Below, piece after piece: positions 9,299-20,300 of a DNA stretch of 56,244 nt. The position numbers were made by a program, and so were the translations under genes. The DNA comes from a virus (taxonomy: Duplodnaviria > Caudoviricetes), in IMG/VR virus record IMGVR_UViG_3300030419_002488, positions 1-56,244 of that record; one strand, 5' to 3'. Each line of letters starts with the position of its first letter. Position 1 is the stretch's first letter. The notes beneath the pieces were generated by a model that made no database searches, was not told the DNA's origin, and saw only the letters and a program-made list of their open reading frames with translations.

Positions 9299-9759
9299 TG
9301 CCATATATAGGAAAAAGTCCAAGCAGAGGTGTAAGAAACAGATTCGTATACCAAGCAACAGAAGGGCAAACAACATTCAGTGGTAGTGATGCTAACTCAT
9401 TAACACTTAGTTATACAGACACTTTATATATGGATGTATATCAGAATGGAGTTTTGTTAAAAGCAGGAACAGATTACACTGCAACAAGTGGAACATCCGT
9501 AGTATTAGTTCAAGGTGCAAGTTTAAATGACCACGTAGAAATGATAACCTACGATGTATTTTCTGTTAATGAAACTTATACTAAAACAGAATCAGATGAC
9601 AGGTATCCATTCTTGGGAAACAACAGTATTATAAGAACAAATGGTAACACCATAAGTGCAGACATAACAATTAGTTCAAGCACCAATGGATTATCAGCAG
9701 GTCCTATTACACAGGATAATGCTACTGTTACTGTTAATGGTTATTGGAGTATTGTATGA
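9298..9759 (+). CDS. Fibre adaptor-like protein B (MPYIG family)
   Basis: GQTTF, VYQNGVLL..DYTAT.GTSVVL; C-term RTN..I...TI....N..SAGP as in 6302-6754. Confidence 0.7.
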   Translation: MPYIGKSPSRGVRNRFVYQATEGQTTFSGSDANSLTLSYTDTLYMDVYQNGVLLKAGTDYTATSGTSVVLVQGASLNDHVEMITYDVFSVNETYTKTESDDRYPFLGNNSIIRTNGNTISADITISSSTNGLSAGPITQDNATVTVNGYWSIV

Positions 9760-10166
9760 CAAGTCAATTAAATGTAGATAACATTGTAGATAAAGCAGGT
9801 TCAGGTGGCACGAATGTTAAGATAGGTAACACTTCTACTTATGTAGGTGAAAATAGTGGTATAACACGAAATACTGTTCAATGTGTAGCTAAAATATGGA
9901 GAAAATTTCAATCAGATGCAAGTTCTTATGATTCAATCGGTATATCATCAGGCACTGATAATAGCACAGGTAATTATACTCATACTTTTTCTAGTAATAT
10001 GAACGCAATTCATTATTCAAATACTTTAGGGAATAACACAAGTGGAAACTATATAATTACAGGGCATACAGTAGCGACAAGTTATTTTACAACTAAATCA
10101 ATGAGTGATAGCACATCGGCTCATGATGATGATGGTGCATTAACATTACATGGAGACCTAGCATAA
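9756..10166 (+). CDS. GDLA-family fibre tip paralogue B1
   Basis: ATG at 9756 (ATGA overlap, GGAG RBS); C-term HGDLA. Confidence 0.75.
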   Translation: MTSQLNVDNIVDKAGSGGTNVKIGNTSTYVGENSGITRNTVQCVAKIWRKFQSDASSYDSIGISSGTDNSTGNYTHTFSSNMNAIHYSNTLGNNTSGNYIITGHTVATSYFTTKSMSDSTSAHDDDGALTLHGDLA

Positions 10167-10591
10167 TGGGTAGTCAATTAAAAGTAGATACAATTACAGG
10201 TGTAACCACAGCAGGTAGTGTAGCAGTTACAGGTGAGGGAAACTCAACGACAACCAATCTCCAACAGGGATTAGCAAAGTGTTGGGTGAAACTTGATGGT
10301 ACAGCTTTATCAGGAACTGGTAGTACAGGGGTAGGTGATTCTTTTAACTTAACAAGTACAACAGATAATGGTTCTGGAAATTACACAATTACTATGAATA
10401 ATGATATGAGTAGTGCTAACTATTCAACAACAGCTTCCCCTAATGCTGACCTTACCAGTAGTGGTTATGGACTTTATGGTGGAACGAACAATAGCCATGC
10501 AGCAGGAAGTTTTGTTCTTATATCAAAACGAACTGATACTCCTACTGACAGTAATTATTTTGGAGCTACAGCACATGGAGATTTAGCATAA
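10166..10591 (+). CDS. GDLA-family fibre tip paralogue B2
   Basis: NLQQGLAKCW, DSFN, C-term HGDLA. Confidence 0.75.
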   Translation: MGSQLKVDTITGVTTAGSVAVTGEGNSTTTNLQQGLAKCWVKLDGTALSGTGSTGVGDSFNLTSTTDNGSGNYTITMNNDMSSANYSTTASPNADLTSSGYGLYGGTNNSHAAGSFVLISKRTDTPTDSNYFGATAHGDLA

Positions 10592-10977
10592 TGGCAAGTA
10601 TATTAAGAGTAGACACATTAACAGATGCAAGTAGTAATAATTCAATAGGCATGAGTTATGTTGCAGAAGGTTCAGCTAAATCATGGGCGAATTTAAATGG
10701 AACAAGCACAATAGCTTTAAGAGATAGTTTTAATGTAAGTTCAATAGCAGACGATGGAACAGGGGATTATGATTTTACATATACAAGTAATTTTGGGAAT
10801 GTAAATTATTCTATTTCATCGCATGGTAGTTTTACAAGTACAGGAGCATGGCCCACTTTAAATTCCGCAGAAGAAGTGCCTGCTACAACTTTTCATAATT
10901 ATAAAATGGTTGATAGAACTGGCTCTGCACAAGATGCAACCTACGCTTACTATTCAGCACATGGAGATTTAGCATGA
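10591..10977 (+). CDS. GDLA-family fibre tip paralogue B3
   Basis: GSAKSW, DSFNVSSI.D.GTG.Y, C-term HGDLA. Confidence 0.75.
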   Translation: MASILRVDTLTDASSNNSIGMSYVAEGSAKSWANLNGTSTIALRDSFNVSSIADDGTGDYDFTYTSNFGNVNYSISSHGSFTSTGAWPTLNSAEEVPATTFHNYKMVDRTGSAQDATYAYYSAHGDLA

Positions 10978-12074
10978 GTAAAGCAGCAGAATTAGCCAAG
11001 ATGGGTGAAGTCTTAACCAACAATCAAGTTGGTGGGCGAAGAAATATGCTTATTAATGGTGCTATGAATGTAGCACAAAGAAGCACAAGTGAAACTGGAT
11101 TAGGTGCAAGTGCAGGATATTTTACATTAGATAGATGGAAAATGGATTTTAATGCTACAGCAGGTCGCTTAACAATGTCACAAACTGCTGATGGTCCTAG
11201 TGGTTTTGCTAATTGTCTAAAATTAGATTGTACTACAGCAGATACTTCTATTGCAGCAGGTGAATACATTATGTTAGAGCAAAGACTTGAAGGACAAGAT
11301 GTTCAAGGTATCTGCAAAGGAACAGCAGATGCAAAACCTGTAACTGTTAGTTTTTATGTAAAAGCTAATGGGTCTTTTACTTTTGGTCTTGAACTTTCTG
11401 ATAACGATAATACTAGACAAATAACTAAACTTTTTGCCACAACTACAAGTTGGGTTAGACACGAAATTACTTTTCCTGCTGATACAACAGGAGCATTTGA
11501 TGATGATAATGCTCGTAGTTTACTCGCTACTTTTTGGTTACACGCAGGTTCAACATATTCAGGTGGTACATTAAATTCATCTTCATGGGCAAGTAGAACT
11601 CATGCTAATCGTGCTGCAGGAATTGGTAGCTTTTTTTCTAGCACCGACAATGAATTTTATATTACTGGAGTGCAAATGGAAATTGGTTCTACTGCCACAC
11701 CATTTGAACATAGGTCATATGGAGATGAGTTAGCTTTGTGCCAAAGATATTTTTATAGATGGGAATCAAGTTCTACTTATGCAGGAGTTGGTGTTGGTCG
11801 TGCTTATGATACAAGTAATTCAGTTGCTATGATAAATACTCCTTGTGCTATGAGAGCCAATGCTACTGTTAGTGTATCTGCTGTAGGCGATTTTGCTGTA
11901 GCAGGTATTGGTGGTACTCCTTCTTCAATTAGCAATGGCGAAAGAACAACAGATTTTAGAAGTTATAAATTAACAATTAATCAGGGTTCTACTCCTTTTA
12001 CATCAGGTACAATTTACCAATTAGAGTCTGATAATCAGGCAAACGCAAAGATTAATTTTGATTCGGAGTTATAA
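10974..12074 (+). CDS. Tail fibre / receptor-binding protein with carbohydrate-binding-like domain
   Basis: RNMLINGAMNVAQR, DRW, ITGVQMEIGSTATPFEHR..ELALCQRYF motifs. Confidence 0.8.
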   Translation: MSKAAELAKMGEVLTNNQVGGRRNMLINGAMNVAQRSTSETGLGASAGYFTLDRWKMDFNATAGRLTMSQTADGPSGFANCLKLDCTTADTSIAAGEYIMLEQRLEGQDVQGICKGTADAKPVTVSFYVKANGSFTFGLELSDNDNTRQITKLFATTTSWVRHEITFPADTTGAFDDDNARSLLATFWLHAGSTYSGGTLNSSSWASRTHANRAAGIGSFFSSTDNEFYITGVQMEIGSTATPFEHRSYGDELALCQRYFYRWESSSTYAGVGVGRAYDTSNSVAMINTPCAMRANATVSVSAVGDFAVAGIGGTPSSISNGERTTDFRSYKLTINQGSTPFTSGTIYQLESDNQANAKINFDSEL

Positions 12075-12248
12075 ATGAATATTACATCAGCACAATATTT
12101 TAAAAGACAAGATGGAAGTAATGGAAGTATTATGGCTACAATAGATGGTGAGGTTATGTCTGTTCCAATAGCTGAAGATAATAGACATTACATTGAAATA
12201 AAAAAACAAGTAGACGCAGGAACACTGACCATCAAGGATGCCGACTAA
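12075..12248 (+). CDS. Small fibre chaperone-like protein (57 aa; not in ORF track)
   Basis: MNITSAQY...SVPIAEDNRHY...GTLTIKDAD*; GGAG RBS. Confidence 0.7.
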   Translation: MNITSAQYFKRQDGSNGSIMATIDGEVMSVPIAEDNRHYIEIKKQVDAGTLTIKDAD

Positions 12249-12250
12249 AG

Positions 12251-12484
12251 ATGGAAATAGATGCCATGCTATTTTGGAACATTATCTTAACAATGGTTGT
12301 TGTTCCATTTGGTTGGGCGTTCAACAAGATGTTTCAAGAAGTTAAACGTTTACAAATATTGTTAAACAAGACTCGTGAAGAATATGCACGTAAAGACGAT
12401 GTAAAAGAAGATATGCACGATTTGATGGATGCAATAAAAAGACTAGAAGATAAATTAGATAAAATATTGATTGGAGCTAAATAG
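12251..12484 (+). CDS. Small membrane protein with coiled coil (holin/hemolysin-like)
   Basis: N-term TM helix then RLEDKLDK coiled coil. Confidence 0.6.
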   Translation: MEIDAMLFWNIILTMVVVPFGWAFNKMFQEVKRLQILLNKTREEYARKDDVKEDMHDLMDAIKRLEDKLDKILIGAK

Positions 12485-13821
12485 TGGCTACTATAACAAC
12501 TGACGACCAACTAACAGAAGAAATAGGTAAACTTGCAGGGGGTGAACAAGGAGTAATGCCTAAAGTTGAATCTATTTCACCTACAATTAAACCTGAAGAA
12601 ATTCAAGCAAAAGAACCATCACAAGTTCAAGGAACAATAACAACGCAAGGATCATTACCTGTAGTTGCACCAACAATAACTAGACCTGTTGCGACAGAGG
12701 GGATTGGACAAATTGCAGGAGTTGAAAGAAACGTTCCTAGTTTAACACAGACTACTGCTCCAGAAATAACAGACCCAAAAGGTGTTATATCAGATATTCC
12801 ACAAGGCACAGTAAGTGACAAAGCTGTTGTAGATCCCGCACAAGCAGAATTAGACCAAAGAGCAACAGTAAAATTTCAGTTGGGGGAGTTGTTTACTTCT
12901 ATTAAAGAAGGTGAAGAATTACCTGCGTGGGCATCTCCTGCTGTACGAAAAGTATCATCAATTATGCAAGCAAGAGGGTTGGGTGCATCTAGTATGGCTT
13001 CTGCAGCCATTACTCAAGCACTTATGGAATCAGGTATTCCTATTGCAACCCAAGATGCAAATAAATACGCCACAATCCAATTACAAAATTTAAATAACAA
13101 ACAACAAGCAACCCTAACTAACGCCGCTACTTATGCAGCAATGGATAAAGCAAATTTGTCAGCACGACTTCAAGGAGCAGTTACAAACGCACAAACTTTA
13201 CTATCTGTAGATACTGCTAATTTATCTGCCAGACAAAAAACTAACGAATTAAATTATAGTGCATTAACTCAAGCACTATTTAAAGATAGTGCTGAAGAAA
13301 ATGCTCGAAGAGAATTTAATGCAAAAAATGAAGCTCAAGTTCAAGAGTTTTTTTCAGAATTAGGTTCACAAGTTGAAACAGCCAACGCTAACAGACAAGT
13401 TGCTACATCTCAATTTAATGTAAACCAAGCAGATGCGATGGCTCAATATAATTCGTCTATGAGAGATGCACGAGAAAAATTTAATGCTAACATGGGGTTT
13501 GCAATAGATCAGTCAAACGTGCAGTGGAGAAGACAAATTAACACTGCTGATACGGCATTACAAAATGAAACAAATAGAATTAACGTTCAAAATCAACTTA
13601 ACGTTACACAAACTGCTTTGAATACTTTGTGGCAAAAATACAGAGACAATGCAAGTTGGAATTTTACAAAGTCAGAATCTAATTTGCAAAGACAACACGA
13701 AATAGGTCTTATGGCAATGGAGTTTGCAAACAGCAGAGAAGTTTACGATAAAGAGCAGAAAGACAGTATTGGTTTAGGGGTTGGAAATTGGTTAGCAACT
13801 TGGGCTGCAAACGCATTTTAA
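12484..13821 (+). CDS. Putative internal virion (ejection) protein
   Basis: Q/N/A-rich helical; RGLGASSMA motif; position after the fibres. Confidence 0.6.
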   Translation: MATITTDDQLTEEIGKLAGGEQGVMPKVESISPTIKPEEIQAKEPSQVQGTITTQGSLPVVAPTITRPVATEGIGQIAGVERNVPSLTQTTAPEITDPKGVISDIPQGTVSDKAVVDPAQAELDQRATVKFQLGELFTSIKEGEELPAWASPAVRKVSSIMQARGLGASSMASAAITQALMESGIPIATQDANKYATIQLQNLNNKQQATLTNAATYAAMDKANLSARLQGAVTNAQTLLSVDTANLSARQKTNELNYSALTQALFKDSAEENARREFNAKNEAQVQEFFSELGSQVETANANRQVATSQFNVNQADAMAQYNSSMRDAREKFNANMGFAIDQSNVQWRRQINTADTALQNETNRINVQNQLNVTQTALNTLWQKYRDNASWNFTKSESNLQRQHEIGLMAMEFANSREVYDKEQKDSIGLGVGNWLATWAANAF

Positions 13822-13836
13822 TAAAGGAATAAGAAT

Positions 13837-14331
13837 ATGAATCTTTGGGATACATTAATTTCGTGGGTTGATCCTATAGCAGAAGCAATAGGGTATGAAG
13901 ACACCGTTGATATAGGAGCAGGTCTAACTACGGCAGGTGATTATCTAACATCAGATGTGCTTGGTTTTATAAAAAAAGGTGCAACTGCATATTCTGTTTT
14001 AAGTGGGGCGGACAGTCCTAAAGGTTACAAAAAAATGCCTACAATAGAAGGTGCAAGCCACAAAAAAATTCGACCTTTAAATCAATTAACTAGAGGGGGA
14101 ACTAGAACTTCTTTTCAAACATCCCAAGCAACTGGAAACCCTACTTATGCAAATCCTGATGTTCAATCAGCTTTTGCAAATTTAACAGCAACAGGTAAAA
14201 ATGTACAAATGAACAACTTATTAAGTCAGTTTGCTGTATCCCCAAATATAAGAGGTGGAGGACAAACTGTTGGAATTGGGTCTACAAACGTAAAGGGTAT
14301 AACTAAAAGACCAGTAGCGTCAACAAAATAG
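13837..14331 (+). CDS. Putative internal virion protein
   Basis: AAGGA RBS; operon context. Confidence 0.55.
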   Translation: MNLWDTLISWVDPIAEAIGYEDTVDIGAGLTTAGDYLTSDVLGFIKKGATAYSVLSGADSPKGYKKMPTIEGASHKKIRPLNQLTRGGTRTSFQTSQATGNPTYANPDVQSAFANLTATGKNVQMNNLLSQFAVSPNIRGGGQTVGIGSTNVKGITKRPVASTK

Positions 14332-14339
14332 GGTATGGT

Positions 14340-14936
14340 ATGGCAGAAGAAATAGAAATAGAAATGGAAGAACAAGATGTGCCAGTTGGTTCTATTGAAG
14401 CAAAAGATGATTTTGCTGTAGCACCTCCCGGACATTCCTTAACACAAGATAATTCTAAATGGGCGTGGGGAAAACCTCCACAAGATGTTGACCCAGAGGT
14501 AGTCTTAGAAAAAGCCATACGGGGATTAAAAAACAAAAAAACTCAACAAGAAATGCAAAAATTACTTTTTGCGGGAGTGTCTGTTGAAACAATGGTAGAA
14601 GGGTATATACTTCAAGGATTTCACGAAGGTAAGTTTACCCCAGATGTAGGGCTACTTATAAAAGCTCCTTTAGCAATAGTTATTGCTGACATGGCTGAAC
14701 GAAATTCTATACCTTATCGTATGTTTGAAAACAACGATGCAGGGCAAGAAGGTGTTATGGATGATAAGACATTTTTTAGAATGATTAAAACAAATAACCC
14801 ACGTATGTTCGAGTACATAAGAGAAAGTGTTAATCAGGCAATACGACAAGGAAATGAACCTTTACCAGAAGAGACTGAAGAAAACTTTTTAAACATGAAC
14901 CCACCAACAGAAGAAACAGAGGAAGAAAAGATATGA
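14340..14936 (+). CDS. Conserved-looking structural-module protein
   Basis: APPGHSLT...W..PP, G.FTPDV.LL motifs. Confidence 0.6.
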   Translation: MAEEIEIEMEEQDVPVGSIEAKDDFAVAPPGHSLTQDNSKWAWGKPPQDVDPEVVLEKAIRGLKNKKTQQEMQKLLFAGVSVETMVEGYILQGFHEGKFTPDVGLLIKAPLAIVIADMAERNSIPYRMFENNDAGQEGVMDDKTFFRMIKTNNPRMFEYIRESVNQAIRQGNEPLPEETEENFLNMNPPTEETEEEKI

Positions 14937-17356
14937 GTTTTGGATTAGCATTTGCAAAAGGACTTGTCGGCGGTTTTACAAAAAACATTGAACGAGAGAT
15001 TGAAGCACGAGGAGCTGACGATCAACGTCTTGCAAACTTAGAAGATTTTCTTTTTCAAAAACACGCTGAAGTAAACGCAGCAGGAGAAGGGTCTGTTCCT
15101 AAAGCGTTAGGTGAGATGTTGCAAGATGCAAAATCAAAAATGGATAAAAGAGGTCGTATTGATTTAATTGGTTCACCGGGAGACAGATTAAGTCTTGATA
15201 TAGGGCAATTAAACACAGCACTTTCTGAAGCAGACGATGATGATGGGTATATAACATTTGGTAAAAAGGGAACAAATCTATTTAAAATACCTTTACCTCA
15301 AGAACACGCAACTTACCACGATAAAACTATATTAGGTGATACTTTTAAAAGAACAGAAGCGTGGAATAATACTGTTATGACATATTTAGGAAATGAAAAT
15401 AATTTTAAAAAGCTCATGCTTGCAAATGAACTAAACCCGACTATACTACCCCATCTTTTACAATCTTATAAAGTTAATAAAGGAGAGTATCACGATGCTT
15501 GGATTGGCAAACAATACAAACAGGGAGTACTAAAAGACGCTATAAAGCATTTAGATTATAAAGGGAAGTATGGCCCTGAACTTGTTAAAAGACTAGATAA
15601 AATGGCAGGTATATTAAAAGATTCGTTGCTTAGTAAAACGCTAGAAAATAATAAAAAGTTATTTAAAAATAATAAAGAAGATCCAAAAGAAAATACTTTA
15701 TTTTTTTTAATTGATGATAAAGATGATAATACGGAAAAAGATGGTTTAGAATTTTTATCTTTATCTGTAACACCTGAAGAATATAAAGCAGCAACAAAAT
15801 TATCTCAACATTTTTTTAAAGACAAAAATGCTAAACCTTCTGATTACTTTCTTTACCTTCAACAAACACTTCCAAACGCAGTATTTGAAACAAACAAGGC
15901 GGGGTATGTAGAGCCTTTTCAATACGGTGGTAAAGAAAGTGTTGCAGCACAAGATAAAATACGATTAGTGTTAGAAACAGGTTTTAATTCTCTTAATCTT
16001 GTTAAAAATGGTTTTCTTAGTGGCCCTATGAATACTGAAGCTCAAAAAATGGCTTTATATAAATTATATGAAAAGGTAAATGGTAATAGGCTTAAACTAG
16101 CAATGGCAGTATCTCCTCTTATAACTCCAGAAAAAAGTGCTGAAGAAATAGCAGCAGAAGGTGGGGGCTTTGCTAAATATACACCTGCGTCTAAAATTGA
16201 ATCTATGTTACAAGATTTTAAAATAGATAAAACATTATTTGATAAAGCATACGAAAACACAGAAACTGCAATATTTAAATTAAATTCTATTATGGATTTA
16301 GAAAAGGATACTGCGATTGGTGCTAACTGGTTAAGAAAAGCATACGTAGCATTTGGGGGAGCTTTCAGTGAAGGGGGTGGTGTTAGTGGAATATGGGATA
16401 TTATAACGACAAAAGGTGGAGTAAAAGATATAAACAAAGACACTAAAGAAGCTTTTGAAACAACTTTAAAAGCGGCATATGAACGAGGAATTATAAGTAG
16501 TCTATCGAAATTTAGTATGGCGGATGCACTAAAATTATCTGTTGCTGCAGACATGGCTAGAGCAATCGATCCTAATGGAAGATTATCTAACCAAGATTTT
16601 TCTATACAATTAGACAGATTAGGTAATACTGTATTCGGGGGTAAAGAACAAACTATAAATAACTTAAAAGTTGTAATAGAAGAGTTCCAAAGAAGGATGA
16701 AGAGATTACAAGTTGTAAGAGAAATTTTTACAAAAAATGATCCAAGTAATCCATATGGCAGAGGATTAAGTATTAACGAAAGAAGATGGCTTCAGGCAGA
16801 TATGGTGGTAACTGATTTGTTAGGTCAAATAGAAAATAGTTTATTTTCAAATTCTTTAAATAGAAGTTCTGGTGAAGGCGGAGGAATAACATTTAACGAT
16901 AATTTACAATTTGAAAGTAATCGCTTTACAGCTCCTGACGGAGAAGCAATAATTGTAAAAGAAGGGACTGACGGTAAGCAATATTATTTTGGAAAAAATT
17001 CAGGCAACCAGTATGAAATGAGTAAATTAATTTCAAAAAGTAACGATCTTGAAGCCCAAAACAATAGCAATACGTTTGATTACGCTAATGATATTAATTT
17101 AAATAATAATCAAGTTCAAAACAACCAAACTAATAACCAAAGTAACAATGAATCAGGTTGGAAAAAACTAACATCTGATGAATTAAAAAAAGTAAAAGAA
17201 AATGTTATGGGGGGCAACGAAACAGTTAAAGGAGTTGTTGTAGGGGGCAACGGAAAGACTGGTTGGTTATTAAGAGGAAAAGATAATAACCGCCTTCCGG
17301 GAAAATACAAAAAAAATAAAGATGGCAGTTTTACAAGAATAACAGGATCACAATAA
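14933..17356 (+). CDS. Large internal virion protein
   Basis: 807 aa; Gly/Phe amphipathic N-terminus; DPNGRLSNQD motif. Confidence 0.6.
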   Translation: MSFGLAFAKGLVGGFTKNIEREIEARGADDQRLANLEDFLFQKHAEVNAAGEGSVPKALGEMLQDAKSKMDKRGRIDLIGSPGDRLSLDIGQLNTALSEADDDDGYITFGKKGTNLFKIPLPQEHATYHDKTILGDTFKRTEAWNNTVMTYLGNENNFKKLMLANELNPTILPHLLQSYKVNKGEYHDAWIGKQYKQGVLKDAIKHLDYKGKYGPELVKRLDKMAGILKDSLLSKTLENNKKLFKNNKEDPKENTLFFLIDDKDDNTEKDGLEFLSLSVTPEEYKAATKLSQHFFKDKNAKPSDYFLYLQQTLPNAVFETNKAGYVEPFQYGGKESVAAQDKIRLVLETGFNSLNLVKNGFLSGPMNTEAQKMALYKLYEKVNGNRLKLAMAVSPLITPEKSAEEIAAEGGGFAKYTPASKIESMLQDFKIDKTLFDKAYENTETAIFKLNSIMDLEKDTAIGANWLRKAYVAFGGAFSEGGGVSGIWDIITTKGGVKDINKDTKEAFETTLKAAYERGIISSLSKFSMADALKLSVAADMARAIDPNGRLSNQDFSIQLDRLGNTVFGGKEQTINNLKVVIEEFQRRMKRLQVVREIFTKNDPSNPYGRGLSINERRWLQADMVVTDLLGQIENSLFSNSLNRSSGEGGGITFNDNLQFESNRFTAPDGEAIIVKEGTDGKQYYFGKNSGNQYEMSKLISKSNDLEAQNNSNTFDYANDINLNNNQVQNNQTNNQSNNESGWKKLTSDELKKVKENVMGGNETVKGVVVGGNGKTGWLLRGKDNNRLPGKYKKNKDGSFTRITGSQ

Positions 17357-20300
17357 TGGAAATATTATCTAAAGACATGATAAACACTGAAAATGAAAAC
17401 AACGAAACTGAAAAAAACGTTGTTGTAGAACCTGAAAAAAAAGTAGTTGAAACAGATACAACTACAACAGATACAACTACAACAGATACAACTACAGAAG
17501 ATAAAAATCCGTTATCTTCACAGTACGCAGGATACTATGAAGATAGTTCTGATACAACTACAACCAATGCAGATAATGAAGTTGAAGTTAATGTTAACGT
17601 TGACCCCTCTGAACTCCCTACTGCTAATCTTTCTGATCCTAACCTTAAAAATATAGTTAAAAAAGATCTTGCGTTACAAAAAGAAGACCAAACTATAACT
17701 TTAGACAAAGTTTTGTCAGGAGAAATTAATTTTGTAAATAACAAAGAAATAAATCCTATTATTAGAGAAAAAGCAAATCAAGGGGATGCTAAATCTTTAC
17801 TTTATCTTGAATCTCAAGTTAATCAGGCGAAAAACGTAGATAAAGAAGTAACAATAGGGGGAGTACGAAAAAAAGAAGTTAGTATAGACCCACGTTTACA
17901 ACCAATACCTGAACAACATTCAGAGTCTTTAAAGGCATACGCTGAAGGAAGATTGTTAGTTTTAAATGCTTTACGAAAAAATAATCCTGCTACTAATGAA
18001 CCTTACGTTGTTGATACAGATGTGCAACAACTTATTGTTGATTATTTTAGCACAGGAAATTTTTACACAGAAATGTCTCGTAGATTTGCCCAATCAGGCA
18101 GAGGTATAACTTTACTACCTGTTCTTTTAAATATGGCATATAATCTTGCGGGGGCTACAAAAGATGCCTTCGATTTACCAGAGGATGTGCAAAAATATTT
18201 TTTTGGTGAAGTAGAAGACGAAACATTTGAAAAGTCTTGGGAATCAAGACAAGCAGGAATGGCAGAGTTTTATTCTAGGTACAAAACTACAGTAGAAAAG
18301 GTCTTTTCAGGATTAACTGCAGCTCAAGGGATAAACGATGATTTAAAAGAAAAATATATTGAAAGACACGGCATTGATCAATACAACGAATTTTATACAA
18401 TTAAAAATCCAGAAGGAAAAGTTATTGATATGCCTATAATTAGTACAGAAGTGGGAGAAGAGTTGTACAGATTAGGATTTCAAGAATTACCACTTGCTCA
18501 AAGATTTGCAGCAATGATTATAGAAAACGTAGGGTTTGGTGGGCTACTTGCAAAATTAAAAGTAAAAAAAGGTCAATTACAAATGCAAGATATTACTGAC
18601 CTTAAAACTAGCAACCCAACAAGATACAAAAATCTTAGCCCGATAGAAGTTTTACGAGTTTCTAAAATAGACAACGCTACAAATGCTTTTACTAAAGCGT
18701 ATCATCAAACTATAGCAACTCTCGGTAGAAAATTTAAAGCGAGAGGAGCAGTTGCTGCTCACCAAATAGATTTAAATAGAAAAAATACTTTAGAATTAAT
18801 GGACAAACAAATAGATGATTTAAAAAATCAACTAAACAATACGTCGTTACTTAGAAGAGAACGAGATTTAATTAATTCAAAAATTGAAAATATACAATCC
18901 CAAAAAGCAAAATACATTTTTCCGTATGCTCGTAAAACTTTTGTTAAAACTGTAATGAAAGATGAAATAGTTATGGGATTAGGGCAAGGGTTTGGATACG
19001 AAATAGCAAATTATTTTGGTTTTAGCACAGATGCAGGAGAGTTTTTTGGAGCTATGTCTACAGCAATTCAAGCACCCCAATTCTTAATAAGAAAAGGAAT
19101 AGGTATTCCTGCAGGGTGGGTCAACAGGTGGACAGGCGGAGCAGTAAGTAATTTTGCAGCCACCATAGAAGCTCTTCCTTTTATTCCTAAAGGTGCTTTT
19201 ATTGACAGACGGTTTGATACTTTACGAGATGAAATGGGAGAAGCCCTTACAGGAAAACAAAGATTAGCAATAGAAAAAATTGCAGAAATTATAAAAGATT
19301 TATCTCCTGATAAAAGAGAATTAGTGTGGCAATCAATTAATGAATACCAACAATTAAGAACAAGAATATTAAACCATTTTAAAGACCCAGAAAAAAAAGA
19401 AAAAGCTAGAAAACTTTTTTCTTTACAATTTTCTCATGTAACAGGGTTAGCTCCTCTAATAGCCCTAGAACGTAGAGCTGCTGTAAAACTTAGTGCGAAT
19501 GGAAAAAATCTTGATGAAGCAATTGAGTACCAATTACAATCAGAAAACGCAATGGCTGCGGCTACGGAAGCTATGGAAAATTTAAAAATAATGTTAAAAG
19601 AAGAGGTTGGTGTTGACATTACTGATAGAACTCTTGTAGCAGATTTTGCAGAAAATTTTAAAGACGCTTCTATTAAATTTGAACGAAACGTTAACGAAAC
19701 AAAAATAGAATACTTAAAGTTGTTAAACGATTTTAAAGATAAAATGTTAAGTAACCCTGAATTACCCCTTGACGAAAATTTAATAACTCGACTAGCTGAA
19801 ATGGAAGTTAAAGTAACACGAGGGGCAACAGATGATATTGAAAAACAAAGAGAAATATATCAAAAGGTAACTGAACAAGTTACAGAAGCATTAAATAAAA
19901 GATCAGAAAACATAATTGCACTTCGAGGTAAACCGGGATACAAAAAAAGAATGGGGCGGTGGATAGAAGATGTTTACGATGTTATGGAAGATAATTTACA
20001 AAATCAAAGCAGACTTATTTATAAACCTATTGATGATATGGAAGGTGAATATGATTTGACTTCTTTGGTTGATGATATGCTAGATAAAAAAGAAAATTTA
20101 GATTCAAACATATTAAGAAGTAAATTTGGAGCAGACGGAGAATTTTTTAAAGGTAAATCAGGAAGGTACGCCAGACAAGCTTTTGACGCTATGGCTAAAA
20201 GAGCAATAATAAAAGATTTAGGATTAGACGGAAAAGAGTGGGCTGAGTTAGTAACTTATCATACAAGTCCTGCAACTTTAAAAAACTTTCCTGATGATTT

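Noticed and set aside
6751-10977. GDLA junction repeats as a CRISPR array, integron attC sites or a DGR
   Set aside because: The repeats are ~17 nt, coding, and ~400 nt apart. There are no cas genes, no reverse transcriptase, no attC-like palindromes and no adenine-specific TR/VR pair.
17452-17496. 15-nt tandem repeat as a phase-variation switch
   Set aside because: The unit is a multiple of three in a disordered acidic N-terminus, so it only changes linker length.
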